From IMG/VR virus record IMGVR_UViG_3300022743_000007, positions 1 through 51,957 of that record: a DNA stretch of 51,957 nt. The stretch is one strand, 5' to 3'. The position numbers and the translations under genes were made by a program. Position 1 is the stretch's first letter. Each line of letters starts with the position of its first letter. The notes beneath the pieces are model-generated. The model worked only from the letters and a program-made list of their open reading frames with translations, was not told where the DNA came from and did not search any database. Origin of the DNA: a virus (taxonomy: Duplodnaviria; Caudoviricetes). Below, one piece after another: positions 19,002-28,644 of this stretch.

Positions 19002-19486
19002 ACCCGGTCGCCTTCGCCCTTGTCCGACACCAGATTAAGTCCGAGTTTCTTTTTGAACGCACCGGCAAATGTGCCGCGCACCGTGTGTGCCTGCCAGCCG
19101 GTTACCTCAATGATTTGCGGGATGGTTGCTCCCTCGGGACGCTTGAGCATGCTGATGACCGTGGCCTGCTTGCTGTTGTCGCGCGTGCGCGGCGTTTTAG
19201 CTTCAGCGCGTGCTTTGGTTTCGATGGTAGTTACGGCGGCTTCTATTTCAGGATCCGCGACGGAGACCGGTCCCGGACGCGGCAGGCCCAGTACGTCGTA
19301 GCCCTCGGCGGCGACAAACCAGTCATCACCCAGTGGCGTGATGAGGGCGCGGTTGAACATGCTGTCGAGCACCTTGTTTCGTGCGCCGCCTTTGATGTTG
19401 TCTGGAAACCACTCGATCTTTCCGCTGGTGAGCTTGGCCGCGTGGCTGAGGATTTGCTGCTGCGATGGGGTGAGTTGGATTGTCAT
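18983..19486 (-). CDS. DUF3489 domain-containing protein
   Basis: SKQATVISMLKRPEGATI, TGWQAHTVRG, RVYRI. Confidence 0.85.
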   Translation of the reverse strand: MTIQLTPSQQQILSHAAKLTSGKIEWFPDNIKGGARNKVLDSMFNRALITPLGDDWFVAAEGYDVLGLPRPGPVSVADPEIEAAVTTIETKARAEAKTPRTRDNSKQATVISMLKRPEGATIPQIIEVTGWQAHTVRGTFAGAFKKKLGLNLVSDKGEGDRVYRIAG

Positions 19487-19505
19487 GGTGATGCTCCTTG
19501 GTTGA

Positions 19506-19697
19506 TTACTGGTTGGGTTGATTGGTGCTGGCGGCTTGGCTGCCCGCCTCAAAGGCGGCCTGCAAGGCGGTCTTGATGCCCCACACGCTGACCTCATGGA
19601 AGTCCAGTCGGTCGCTGTTGCGCGTCTCCAGCGTGTCGACAAAAAGATGGTCTAGCGCTATTCGCTGGAATAGTTGGTCGAGGGTCTTGGCGTCCAT
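19506..19697 (-). CDS. DUF6900-like small protein
   Basis: DTLETRNSDRLDFHEVSVWGIKTALQAAFEAG; GAGGAG RBS. Confidence 0.8.
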   Translation of the reverse strand: MDAKTLDQLFQRIALDHLFVDTLETRNSDRLDFHEVSVWGIKTALQAAFEAGSQAASTNQPNQ

Positions 19698-19708
19698 CGT
19701 CTTACTCC

Positions 19709-19906
19709 TCATACCTTGTGGATTTGCTTGGCGCGATCGAACCCGACCCAAACGCCCTTGTCATCCAGACCGCGTGCGGCGAGTTCTTCGCGCGCCAGTC
19801 GGTTGAGGTCCAGTTCGCCGCGTGCGACTGCGGACAGGACTTTGGTCAGCGCGATTTGGATGAACCCGATCTCGTCGACTGTGAATTCGTTGCTGGTGTA
19901 GCTCAT
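19709..19906 (-). CDS. Small hypothetical protein
   Basis: GGAG RBS; VARGELDLNRLAREELAARGLD; start reassigned from the long ORF call. Confidence 0.7.
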   Translation of the reverse strand: MSYTSNEFTVDEIGFIQIALTKVLSAVARGELDLNRLAREELAARGLDDKGVWVGFDRAKQIHKV

Positions 19907-20013
19907 GCGTTTTCTCCGGTGCGTTGATGGTGTCTGCATGAACGCTTCGTTTTGAGAAGAAGGCAAGCTGATTTCGGCGCGCTGTTGCGTAATTGATCGG
20001 ACATAAGCGGACC

Positions 20014-20379
20014 ATGGCCAGAAGCGCACCCACACCCTGCCGGCACCCCGGATGTGCGGCAGTCGTGCCCGTGCCTGGCTACTGCGATGCGCACCGTGTT
20101 GCGGTGCATCGTGACTACGGTCGCGCACGACGTGGGTTCGACACCGAGTACGGCTTCTACCAGTCAGCCGCGTGGCGTGCTGTGCGTGCTGCGTTCCTGC
20201 GTGAGCACCCGGTGTGCGCGCGCTGTGAGGGCCGTGGGCGCGTTGTCGCGGCGGTGGTGGCAGACCACATCCAACCGTTGAAGGACGGCGGCGCACGGTT
20301 TGACTGGGCAAACCTGCAGGGGCTGTGCGTGCCCTGCCACAACAGCAAAACCGCTGGCGAGACAGCCAAGCGGCGCTGA
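20014..20379 (+). CDS. Packaging-associated HNH endonuclease (HK97 gp74-like)
   Basis: HPVCARC, VADHIQP, NLQGLCVPCHNSKT; directly before terS. Confidence 0.9.
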   Translation: MARSAPTPCRHPGCAAVVPVPGYCDAHRVAVHRDYGRARRGFDTEYGFYQSAAWRAVRAAFLREHPVCARCEGRGRVVAAVVADHIQPLKDGGARFDWANLQGLCVPCHNSKTAGETAKRR

Positions 20380-20495
20380 CCCACCCCCAGGGGGGATGAA
20401 TCTCTACATCGTGCAGCGCGCGATGCGTGCGCGTGCACAGATTTTTGCGCGTGCAAATTGAAACAAGGGGGGATCCCCCCAAGGACTGAATTGAA
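20380..20495. other. Probable cos/packaging region
   Basis: Non-coding gap between HNH and terS with CCCCCAGGGGG and GGGGGGATCCCCCC palindromes; position typical of cos in HNH-terS phages. Confidence 0.5.
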
Positions 20496-20954
20496 ATGGC
20501 CGGACGCAAACCACTGCCCACTACTGTCAAGAAGATCAAGGGGACGCTGCAGAAATGCCGCACGAACTTGCGCGAGCCGCAGCCCCAAGGAGATCTGGTT
20601 GAGCCGCCGACTTACATGACGGATGGTGCCAAGGATGCCTGGCGCTACGCCATTGACAGCGCACCGCAACATCTACTGCGCCGACTGGACATGTCGGTGC
20701 TCGAGGTATGGGCGTGCGCCGCCGATTTGTACCGCAAAGCGCAGGCGGGGCTAGCCAAGACAGGATTGCTGATCAAGGCGCCGAACACGGGTGTGCCAAT
20801 GCAGTCGCCGTATCTGGCGATCGCCAATAAGCAAGCCCAGATCATGACCAAGGCGGCGACCGAGATGGGCTTCACGCCAGCATCGCGCTCGCGCATCGCA
20901 TTGCCCATGGAAGCGGCTGACGATCTGGATCCGTGGTCGGAGATCGCTGGCTGA
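20496..20954 (+). CDS. terS: Terminase small subunit, P27 family
   Basis: MAGRKPLPT..K, QSPYLAIAN, EMGFTPASRSRI. Confidence 0.9.
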   Translation: MAGRKPLPTTVKKIKGTLQKCRTNLREPQPQGDLVEPPTYMTDGAKDAWRYAIDSAPQHLLRRLDMSVLEVWACAADLYRKAQAGLAKTGLLIKAPNTGVPMQSPYLAIANKQAQIMTKAATEMGFTPASRSRIALPMEAADDLDPWSEIAG

Positions 20955-22666
20955 TGCCCGCGCGAAGTTACGCCACCATTGCCCGGCGCTACGCCGAGGC
21001 CGTGGTGGAGGGTGATGTTCCCGCATGCCGATGGGTACGCATGGCATGCCAGCGGCAATTGAACGATCTGGTCAAGTTCAAGGGTAAGAGCAGCTTGCTG
21101 CGATTCAACCCAAAACTGATGGATCGATCGGGCAAGTCGTTTGCACCGGCGGACAACCTGTGTGCGTTCATTGAGAGGCTGCCGCACGTCAAAGGTCCGC
21201 TGGCAGGAGATCCGATCCATCTGGAACCTTGGCAGGTGTTCATCCTGAGCACGGTTTTTGGATGGGTCAAGGCGGACGGAAAGCGCCGGTATCGCCGGGC
21301 CTACATCGAGGTGCCGCGCGGCAATGCCAAGTCCACGCTGTCCTCTGCGCTGGCGCTGTACATGCTGGCGGCCGATGGTGAAGGTGGAGCCGAGGTGTAT
21401 TCGCTGGCGACCACCCGGGACCAAGCGCGGATCGTGTTCGGTGATGCGCAGACCATGGCGCGGCAGTCCGCAGGCTTCCGCACACGCTTCGGTGTGGGCG
21501 TTGGTGCGCACAACATGCATGTGATGACCAGCGGATCGAAGTTCGAAGCGCTGTCTGCAGAAGGCTCGACGCTGGATGGCTTGAACATTCACTTCGGCTG
21601 CGTTGATGAGTTGCACGCCCACAAGACGCGCACGGTCTATGACGTGGTGGAAACCGGGACCGGCAAACGGGACAACTCACTCTTGTGGGTGATCACGACG
21701 GCAGGCAGCAACCGCTCGGGCATCTGCTACGAGATTCGGACATTCGTGACCCGGCTACTTGATGGCGTGTTCGAGGACGACAGCCAGTTCGGCATCGTCT
21801 ACGGGCTGGACGATGGGGACGACTGGACGCTGGAGTCATCGCTGATCAAGGCCAACCCCAACTGGGGCATTTCGGTGCGCCCGGAAGTGCTGGCTCCGTT
21901 GCAGGCCAAGGCCATGCAGATGCCCAGTGCGGTGAACAACTTCAAGACCAAGCACCTCAACGAGTGGGTCAATGCGGACACGGCTTGGATGGACATGCGG
22001 TCGTGGGACCGGTGCGCCGATCCATTGCTGGACATCGAGGCCTTTGCCGGCCAGCCCTGCTGGATCGGCCTGGACCTGGCCAGCAAGACGGATATCGCCG
22101 CATTGCTGCTCGTATTCGCGCATCCGGAGATCGATGGTGGCTTTGCGGTGTTTGGCCGCTACTACCTGCCCGAGGACACGGTGCATGCCAACGGCAATAG
22201 CCAGTACCCGGGGTGGATGGGCAGTGGCCGGCTGACGGTCACGCCAGGCAACGTGATCGATTTCAGTTGGATCGAGGCCGACCTGATCGAATTTGCGTCG
22301 CGCTTTTCGGTGCAAGCGGTGACTTTCGATCCATTCCAGGCCACGCAGTTGTCGACCCGGATGCTGGCCGAGGGCCTGCCGATGATCGAAGTGCGGCCTA
22401 CGGTATTGAATTTCTCGGAGCCTATGAAAACACTGGAAGCCTTGGTGCTGCAAGGCAAGCTGATTCATGACGGCTGCCCGGTACTGGGCTGGATGGCCAG
22501 CAACGTGGTGGCGCACCTGGACGCCAAGGACAACATTTATCCGCGCAAGGAGCGCCCAGAAAACAAGATCGACGGCATCGTCGCGCTGATCATGGGCTTG
22601 TCCCGGGCGATTACACCCGGCACCAACGTCGTGCTGGGTACGGACTATGAACTGGTAATGCTCTGA
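20954..22666 (+). CDS. terL: Terminase large subunit
   Basis: LEPWQ, PRGNAKST, DELHAH, ITTAG, GLDLASKTD, KIDGIVA. Confidence 0.95.
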   Translation: MPARSYATIARRYAEAVVEGDVPACRWVRMACQRQLNDLVKFKGKSSLLRFNPKLMDRSGKSFAPADNLCAFIERLPHVKGPLAGDPIHLEPWQVFILSTVFGWVKADGKRRYRRAYIEVPRGNAKSTLSSALALYMLAADGEGGAEVYSLATTRDQARIVFGDAQTMARQSAGFRTRFGVGVGAHNMHVMTSGSKFEALSAEGSTLDGLNIHFGCVDELHAHKTRTVYDVVETGTGKRDNSLLWVITTAGSNRSGICYEIRTFVTRLLDGVFEDDSQFGIVYGLDDGDDWTLESSLIKANPNWGISVRPEVLAPLQAKAMQMPSAVNNFKTKHLNEWVNADTAWMDMRSWDRCADPLLDIEAFAGQPCWIGLDLASKTDIAALLLVFAHPEIDGGFAVFGRYYLPEDTVHANGNSQYPGWMGSGRLTVTPGNVIDFSWIEADLIEFASRFSVQAVTFDPFQATQLSTRMLAEGLPMIEVRPTVLNFSEPMKTLEALVLQGKLIHDGCPVLGWMASNVVAHLDAKDNIYPRKERPENKIDGIVALIMGLSRAITPGTNVVLGTDYELVML

Positions 22667-24147
22667 TGGGAATGTTCAGTTTTCTCTCCCGCTGGATGGC
22701 GTCAAGCGATGACCGCAGCCCTTGGGGAGATTTCTGGTTTGAGCCGGTCACCGTGCGCACATCCAGCGGCTTGCGCGTGGCAGCTGACAACGCCCTGCGG
22801 GTTGCGGCGGTGTATGCCAGCGTGCGCATTCTTGCCGAGACTATGGCGTCGTTGCCGTTCGTGCTGTATCGGCAGCGCGCCGATGGCGGCAAGGACCGGG
22901 TTACCGACCATTGGCTGTACCGTTTACTGGCCAAGCGTCCGAACCGGTATCAAAACCCTTATGAGTGGCGCGAAATGTTGCAGGGCCACCTGGCGCTGCG
23001 GGGCAACGCCTACAACCGGATCGTGGCCAACAGTCGTGGCGAAATCTTGGAGCTGGTTCCGATCCACCCAGACCGAATCAAGATGGAACTCACTCCTGCC
23101 GGTGACTACCGTTACCGAGTGACGGATCGTCTTGGCGTAGAAACGATCGTTCCGCGTGGCGAGATTTGGCACCTGCGCGGCCTGTCCTCCGATGGTTTGA
23201 TGGGCATGAGCCCGATCGATCTGGCGCGCGAAAGTCTGGGCATGGCGCTCGCCGCGCAGGACTATGGCGCTCGGTTCTTTGCCAATGATGCCAAACCGAC
23301 TGGCGGCTGGATCGAGTTTCCGGGTTCGTTCAAAGATACCGAGGCCAAGAAGGTGTTCCGCGAGTCCTATCAGGCTGCGCAGTCCGGTGCCAACCGTGGC
23401 AAGGTCCTCGTGCTTGAGAACGGCATGAAGTTTCACGAGGTGGGTGTTACCAACAAGGATGCGCAATTCCTTGAACTGCGCAAGTTCCAGATCACGGACA
23501 TCGCGCGATTGTTTCGGGTGCCGCCACACATGATCGCGGATCTGGAGCGCGCGACGTTCTCGAACATCGAGCAGCAGAGTCTTGAGTTTGTGATGCACAC
23601 CATGACGCCATGGGCCGAACGGTGGGAGGCCAGCATCGAGTCCGAATTGCTGTTCGACGGCGACGATCTGGAAGTGGAGTTTGATTTTGCCAACCTGATG
23701 CGTGGTGATGCCGCCAGCCGGTCTTCCTATTACCAGAGTGGCATCCAGAACGGATGGCTCACCCGAAACGAGGCACGTATCGCAGAGAACCTGAATCCGC
23801 TGGAGGGTTTGGATCACCCCTTGCGACCATTGAATATGGCCGAAGAAGGCGTAGCCGAAGACGCCGAAGTCAATGGCGAGTCGGCTGACAACCAGACAGA
23901 TGAATCGGCAGAACCAGACGCTGAAACCAATATGCGGATCCGAGCGATGGTGTTTGCCAATGCCACCCGTTTGGCACGTCGCATTAGCCGTGCCGGTGCG
24001 TTAGGCGACAGTGACCTGGTATTGATCGCCGAAGCCCTGGCGGTACCGCTGACTCGTGTGACGCAATGGGCGCAGGCAGCGCAAGACAAGCCGCGCAGTG
24101 AAACCGAATTGACTGAATCTTTGATCTCGCTTGGAACCCCATTATGA
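22666..24147 (+). CDS. Portal protein, HK97 family
   Basis: LRGNAY, GMSPI, IARLFRVPPHMI, FSNIEQQ, LTRNEAR; acidic C-terminal extension. Confidence 0.95.
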   Translation: MGMFSFLSRWMASSDDRSPWGDFWFEPVTVRTSSGLRVAADNALRVAAVYASVRILAETMASLPFVLYRQRADGGKDRVTDHWLYRLLAKRPNRYQNPYEWREMLQGHLALRGNAYNRIVANSRGEILELVPIHPDRIKMELTPAGDYRYRVTDRLGVETIVPRGEIWHLRGLSSDGLMGMSPIDLARESLGMALAAQDYGARFFANDAKPTGGWIEFPGSFKDTEAKKVFRESYQAAQSGANRGKVLVLENGMKFHEVGVTNKDAQFLELRKFQITDIARLFRVPPHMIADLERATFSNIEQQSLEFVMHTMTPWAERWEASIESELLFDGDDLEVEFDFANLMRGDAASRSSYYQSGIQNGWLTRNEARIAENLNPLEGLDHPLRPLNMAEEGVAEDAEVNGESADNQTDESAEPDAETNMRIRAMVFANATRLARRISRAGALGDSDLVLIAEALAVPLTRVTQWAQAAQDKPRSETELTESLISLGTPL

Positions 24148-25070
24148 ATAAGCAACTCCTGGTCGCTGAATTTTTGGCGACGCCTTGGGCGCTAATGCCA
24201 GAACGCTTGAATGCGATGTACGGCGTGATTGCCCGCTGGTCTGTTGGCAATATCGCCAGTGACGAAACGATGCAGCGCATTCAGAATGAACGCCTCTTGC
24301 GTGATACCCGACGTCAAGCGGCTTCTGCCATCTCCAGCGGTGGGATCGCCGTCATTCCCCTGTATGGCGTTGTCACCCAGCGCGGCAATATGGTCGACGA
24401 TGTTTCTGGGCCAGGCAGCGTCAGTACCCAGCAGTTCGCCGCAGCCCTGCGGCAGGCACTGGCAGACGAAACCGTGAGCCAGATCCTGATTGATATCGAC
24501 AGTCCTGGCGGCAGTGTCTATGGCGTATCCGAACTCGCCGATGAAATCGCCAGTGCTCGGACACAGAAGCCCGTGGTGGCGATTGCCAACAGTCTGGCCG
24601 CGTCAGCCGCTTATTGGATTGGCTGCTCGGCCTCCGAATTTTACGTATCTCCTGGTGGGGAGGTGGGCTCGATCGGTGTCTGGCAGGCGCACTTTGATTA
24701 CTCGCAGGCGTTTGCCACGGAAGGGGTCAAGCCGACACTGATCTCTGCCGGCAAATACAAGGTTGAAGGAAACCCGTATGCGCCGCTGGACGAGGAAGCA
24801 CAAGCCTTCATGCAGTCCCGAGTGGATGACTACTACACCACCTTTACCAAAGCGGTGGCCCGTGGCCGTGGAGTGCCAATCAGCCAAGTGCGTGATGGCA
24901 TGGGCCAAGGCCGCGTGCTGGGCGCAGATGCAGCCCTCGCGCAAAACATGGTTGATGGCATTGCCACCTTCGATGATGTCGTCAAGAAAATGCGTCGCGA
25001 TGCCAAAGCCCCCGCTCGATCCAAAGTGAGCCGTCTCGCCCACGCACAAAGGGCACTTGAGATTCTGTAG
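24144..25070 (+). CDS. S49 family prohead protease
   Basis: IDSPGG, AASAAYWI, VGSIGV, AGKYK. Confidence 0.92.
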   Translation: MNKQLLVAEFLATPWALMPERLNAMYGVIARWSVGNIASDETMQRIQNERLLRDTRRQAASAISSGGIAVIPLYGVVTQRGNMVDDVSGPGSVSTQQFAAALRQALADETVSQILIDIDSPGGSVYGVSELADEIASARTQKPVVAIANSLAASAAYWIGCSASEFYVSPGGEVGSIGVWQAHFDYSQAFATEGVKPTLISAGKYKVEGNPYAPLDEEAQAFMQSRVDDYYTTFTKAVARGRGVPISQVRDGMGQGRVLGADAALAQNMVDGIATFDDVVKKMRRDAKAPARSKVSRLAHAQRALEIL

Positions 25071-25134
25071 TTCAGGCGAGCTCCGTTGAGTCACGCCAAT
25101 TTCTGACACGACCCGTCGGTCGTACCTAAACCAC

Positions 25135-25156
25135 AACCACCTTCGGGTGGTTTTTT
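25135..25156 (+). terminator. Intrinsic terminator before the capsid gene
   Basis: AACCACC-TTCG-GGTGGTT followed by TTTT. Confidence 0.75.
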
Positions 25157-25175
25157 CATTTCTGGAGAACCATTC

Positions 25176-26486
25176 ATGAGTAAGCAACTACGCGAGCTTC
25201 AGGCTCGCAAGACCACGCTGGTCAAAGAGGCGCGAAACCTGACCGACCGGGTCGCCGCCGATAGCCGCGACATGAGCGACGAGGAAGTTGTCGCCTTTGA
25301 TGCACTGCGCACCCGCATCGATGCCACATCTGCAGCCATCGATCGTGAGGCTGCGCTGATTGCAGACGAAGCACGCATCAGTGTGAGCAGCGCCATCGGA
25401 CCGATAGTCACAGACAACCGGGAAGACGATCCCAAACGCGGCTTTGGCTCCTTGGGTGAATTCATGCAGTCGGTGTACCAGGCCGACAAACCCGGCAAGT
25501 CGATTGATGGACGTCTGCTGCTCGGCGGCTTGGGTGGTATGAGTGCCGCAGCTCCTGCCAACTTCAGCAACGAGGCCGCAGGCCAGGACGGCGGCTTTCT
25601 GGTTCCGCCCCAGTTCTCGCAAGAGATTTTCAAGCTGTCCTTGGGCGAGGATTCGCTGCTGCCGCTTACCGACAACGTCGAGATCAGTGGCAACAGCATG
25701 GCATTCCCCAAAGATGAGACTACGCCTTGGGGCACCAACGGTATCCGTGCTTACTGGCAAGGTGAGGCAGCATCAGCCATCGCCACCAAGCCGGTGCTGG
25801 GGCTGGCCACGCTGCGCCTGAAGAAGCTGATGGCACTGGTTCCCACTACGGATGAGTTGCTGGACGATGCCAACGCGCTGACCACCTACCTGCCGCAGAA
25901 GGTCGCGCTGTCCATCCGCTGGAAAGCCAACGAATCGATCCTGTTCGGGGCCGGCAACGGCATTCCAGTTGGCTGCATGAACGCCGGGGCGATTGTGACG
26001 GTGGCCAAGGAATCTGGCCAGGCCACGCAAACCCTGGTGCCGCAGAACCTGGCCAAGATGATCGCGCGGCTGCCTCCCGGCTCTTTCACCAACGCCGTCT
26101 GGATCGTCAACAACGATGTACTGCCGGCACTCTTCACGCTGAGCTTGGGTAACTTCCCGATTTATCTTCCCACGGGCTTGTCGGTGGGCGGGATGCAAGT
26201 GTCGCCCTACGGCACGCTGCTGGGTCGCCCGGTGTTCGTATCGCAACACGCCAACACCTTCTCAAGCCAAGGGGACGTGCTGCTGGTCGATTTGTCGTAC
26301 TACCAAACCATCACCAAGGCCGGTGGCCTGCAAACCGCGACCTCGATGCATCTGTATTTTGATGCGGATCTGACGGCGTTTCGGACCACCTTCCGCATGG
26401 ATGGTCAATCCAAGATCGCCAATCCGATCGCGCCAGCCAAGGGCAGCAACTCGCTGTCGCCCTATATCCAGCTCGGCGCACGCTAA
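25176..26486 (+). CDS. Major capsid protein, HK97 family
   Basis: Coiled-coil N-terminal delta domain, DGGFLVP, ELLDDA, TLLGRPV. Confidence 0.93.
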   Translation: MSKQLRELQARKTTLVKEARNLTDRVAADSRDMSDEEVVAFDALRTRIDATSAAIDREAALIADEARISVSSAIGPIVTDNREDDPKRGFGSLGEFMQSVYQADKPGKSIDGRLLLGGLGGMSAAAPANFSNEAAGQDGGFLVPPQFSQEIFKLSLGEDSLLPLTDNVEISGNSMAFPKDETTPWGTNGIRAYWQGEAASAIATKPVLGLATLRLKKLMALVPTTDELLDDANALTTYLPQKVALSIRWKANESILFGAGNGIPVGCMNAGAIVTVAKESGQATQTLVPQNLAKMIARLPPGSFTNAVWIVNNDVLPALFTLSLGNFPIYLPTGLSVGGMQVSPYGTLLGRPVFVSQHANTFSSQGDVLLVDLSYYQTITKAGGLQTATSMHLYFDADLTAFRTTFRMDGQSKIANPIAPAKGSNSLSPYIQLGAR

Positions 26487-26560
26487 CCGCAAGGCGGGAC
26501 ATCTCAGTCACATGAGTGTCCCGCAATCCAAATCGATTTCATTTCATTCAGGAGATTTCC

Positions 26561-27007
26561 ATGTTCCCCAACGCAAAGGGCAGCGAAGAGCTGTCGATTC
26601 TCGCCACCATCGATCCGGCCAGCCAGGCCGCCGGCACGGTGACGACGGGCTGGGTGTCCGTCACCAATTTTCATGCGCTACTCGCTGTAGTGGAAACCGG
26701 CGTACTTGGTGCATCCGCCACGCTGGATGCCAAGTTTCAGCAAGCGCAGGACAACATCGGCACCGGCGCCAAGGACGTGACCAGCAAAGCAATCGTCCAG
26801 ATCGTCAAAGCGACGGGCGACAACAAGCAGGCGCTGATCAACCTCAAACCAGAGGATGTCGATAACGCCAACGGTTTCGCCTTCGTGCGTTTGTCGCTGA
26901 CCGTCGGTGTGGCGGCCAGCATCGTGGCGGGCAAGTTGCTCGGTATGAACCCCCGATACGCCACGGCTGACGCGTTCAACCAAGCGGCTGTCGTTCAGAT
27001 TATTTAG
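26561..27007 (+). CDS. Putative capsid decoration / virion protein
   Basis: AGGAG RBS, Ala/Val/Thr-rich, directly after the capsid gene; function inferred from position only. Confidence 0.6.
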   Translation: MFPNAKGSEELSILATIDPASQAAGTVTTGWVSVTNFHALLAVVETGVLGASATLDAKFQQAQDNIGTGAKDVTSKAIVQIVKATGDNKQALINLKPEDVDNANGFAFVRLSLTVGVAASIVAGKLLGMNPRYATADAFNQAAVVQII

Positions 27008-27015
27008 GGGGGCGT

Positions 27016-27225
27016 ATGAGCACGCGCATTCTTTTCAATCTGGACTTCAATGCGGTTGATGGCGGAGGTAACAGCTTCGTCAAATATCGCGCCGGGGAGA
27101 GCTACGAGGTGACAGAGGAAACAACTCGCCTTGTGGCATCTGGTATCGCCGAACCGGTTGCTGTGCCGGAAAGTCCTGCACCTGCGGACAAACCAGCAGT
27201 GGCGACGACTGCGGCCAGCGAGTAA
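27016..27225 (+). CDS. Small phage hypothetical protein
   Basis: G-rich RBS, fills the gap between head genes. Confidence 0.65.
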   Translation: MSTRILFNLDFNAVDGGGNSFVKYRAGESYEVTEETTRLVASGIAEPVAVPESPAPADKPAVATTAASE

Positions 27226-27228
27226 GCG

Positions 27229-27849
27229 ATGCCCTTGCAACTGATCAATCCACCTGCCGAGGAGCCCGTCTCGCTGGCTGAGGCCAAACTCCACGTGCGG
27301 GTGGATATCAATGACGACGATGCGTTGATTACCGCGCTGATTTCAGCCGCGCGCCAAGCGGCTGAATCGCTGACGGGCCGGCAGATCGTCACAGCACGCT
27401 GGAAGCTCGTATTGGACAGTTTCCCCGGACCTTCTCTGAAGGGGGTGCCGGCAGGCCAATCGTTCACGATCCCTGGTCACGCTATCTTGATCCCGAAATG
27501 CCCGGTCCAGTCGGTGGTCGCTATCCAGTATCTGGATATGGCCAGCAACTTACAGACGATGCCGCCGACCGACTATGTGGTCGATGTCGCCTGCGAACCG
27601 GCGCGCCTGACACCGGTCTTTGGCAAGATTTGGCCGATTTCACTGCCGCAAATTGGCGCGGTGTGGATCACTTTTGACGCGGGTTACGGTTCTGCTGCCA
27701 GCGCTCCCGAAGGGCTCAAGAGTTGGATCAAGTTGCGCGTAGATAGTCTGTATTCCCACCGGGGTGAGACGGCTGTGGTTAAAGGCAAGCTGGAACGCTT
27801 GCCGTTTATCGATGGGCTGCTTGATCCTTATCGGGTGGTGCTGGCGTGA
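27229..27849 (+). CDS. Head-tail connector protein (phiE125 gp8-like)
   Basis: EPVSLAEAKLHVRVD..DDALITALISAAR, LLDPYR. Confidence 0.88.
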   Translation: MPLQLINPPAEEPVSLAEAKLHVRVDINDDDALITALISAARQAAESLTGRQIVTARWKLVLDSFPGPSLKGVPAGQSFTIPGHAILIPKCPVQSVVAIQYLDMASNLQTMPPTDYVVDVACEPARLTPVFGKIWPISLPQIGAVWITFDAGYGSAASAPEGLKSWIKLRVDSLYSHRGETAVVKGKLERLPFIDGLLDPYRVVLA

Positions 27850-28208
27850 GCGGCTTGATTGCGTGGCCGGATTCTGGCGAGTTGGTACGACGTATCACGC
27901 TGCGACTCTGGAGCGATGTACCGAATGTCGCATTCGGCCTCGATCAGGCTTTCGATCCCGGCATTCAACGTTGGGCAAAAGTCGAGCCTGCTCTGGGAGT
28001 CTCGATCCGAGCCAACATGCAGACCGGAGAAGTGCCAACCCATATGTTTTGGGTGCGTTACACGCCGGGCACCAGGCCCGAAGAGATCACTGCCAGTCAT
28101 GTCATCGAATGGAATGGTCGCCGCTTTCGGGTCATGGATGCCATCAATATTGAAGACGGCCAGCGTTTTACCCGCATCACCACCAAAGAACTCGGAGCGA
28201 TCAGCTGA
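27846..28208 (+). CDS. Head closure / head-tail adaptor
   Basis: GELVRRITL, RWAKVEP, IEWNGRRF. Confidence 0.8.
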   Translation: MSGLIAWPDSGELVRRITLRLWSDVPNVAFGLDQAFDPGIQRWAKVEPALGVSIRANMQTGEVPTHMFWVRYTPGTRPEEITASHVIEWNGRRFRVMDAINIEDGQRFTRITTKELGAIS

Positions 28209-28642
28209 TGGAACGAGAAACCCAAAGCACCAACCTGGGTGGCATTTCAGTCCATGCGACGCTCGAAGGTCACTCGCGCATCGACTTTGATAAACGTGCA
28301 ATCAAGAAGACATTGCGCAAGGCAGGCGGTGACATCCGTAAGGCCGCGCGCCGCCTCGTGGCACGCAGAGCCACCTCAAGCCCGGGAGACTTTCCCGGTC
28401 GGGACACTGGTGCACTGCTGCGCTCGATCAAACTGAAAATGTCCAGTGGCGGCTTCTGGGCAAAGGTCGAACCGCAAAAAACACCGGAAATGAAATCCTT
28501 CTATCCGGCGTTCCTGTTTTACGGTACGAAGCGCGGAGTCGCCAAACGCGGCAATTACATGATCGCCGCGCTCGATGCCCAGCGAGAAAACGTGCGTGGT
28601 CAGATTCGTGACGCCCTCAAACATTCGTTGGTTCCCAGGTAG
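28208..28642 (+). CDS. HK97 gp10-like tail completion protein
   Basis: PGRDTGALLRSI, FYPAFLFYGT. Confidence 0.78.
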   Translation: MERETQSTNLGGISVHATLEGHSRIDFDKRAIKKTLRKAGGDIRKAARRLVARRATSSPGDFPGRDTGALLRSIKLKMSSGGFWAKVEPQKTPEMKSFYPAFLFYGTKRGVAKRGNYMIAALDAQRENVRGQIRDALKHSLVPR

Positions 28643-28644
28643 TC

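Noticed and set aside
19907-20563. 284-aa ORF call 19709-20563
   Set aside because: Only the last 65 codons look real (RBS and ATG at 19906); the rest is antisense to the HNH gene and cos region.
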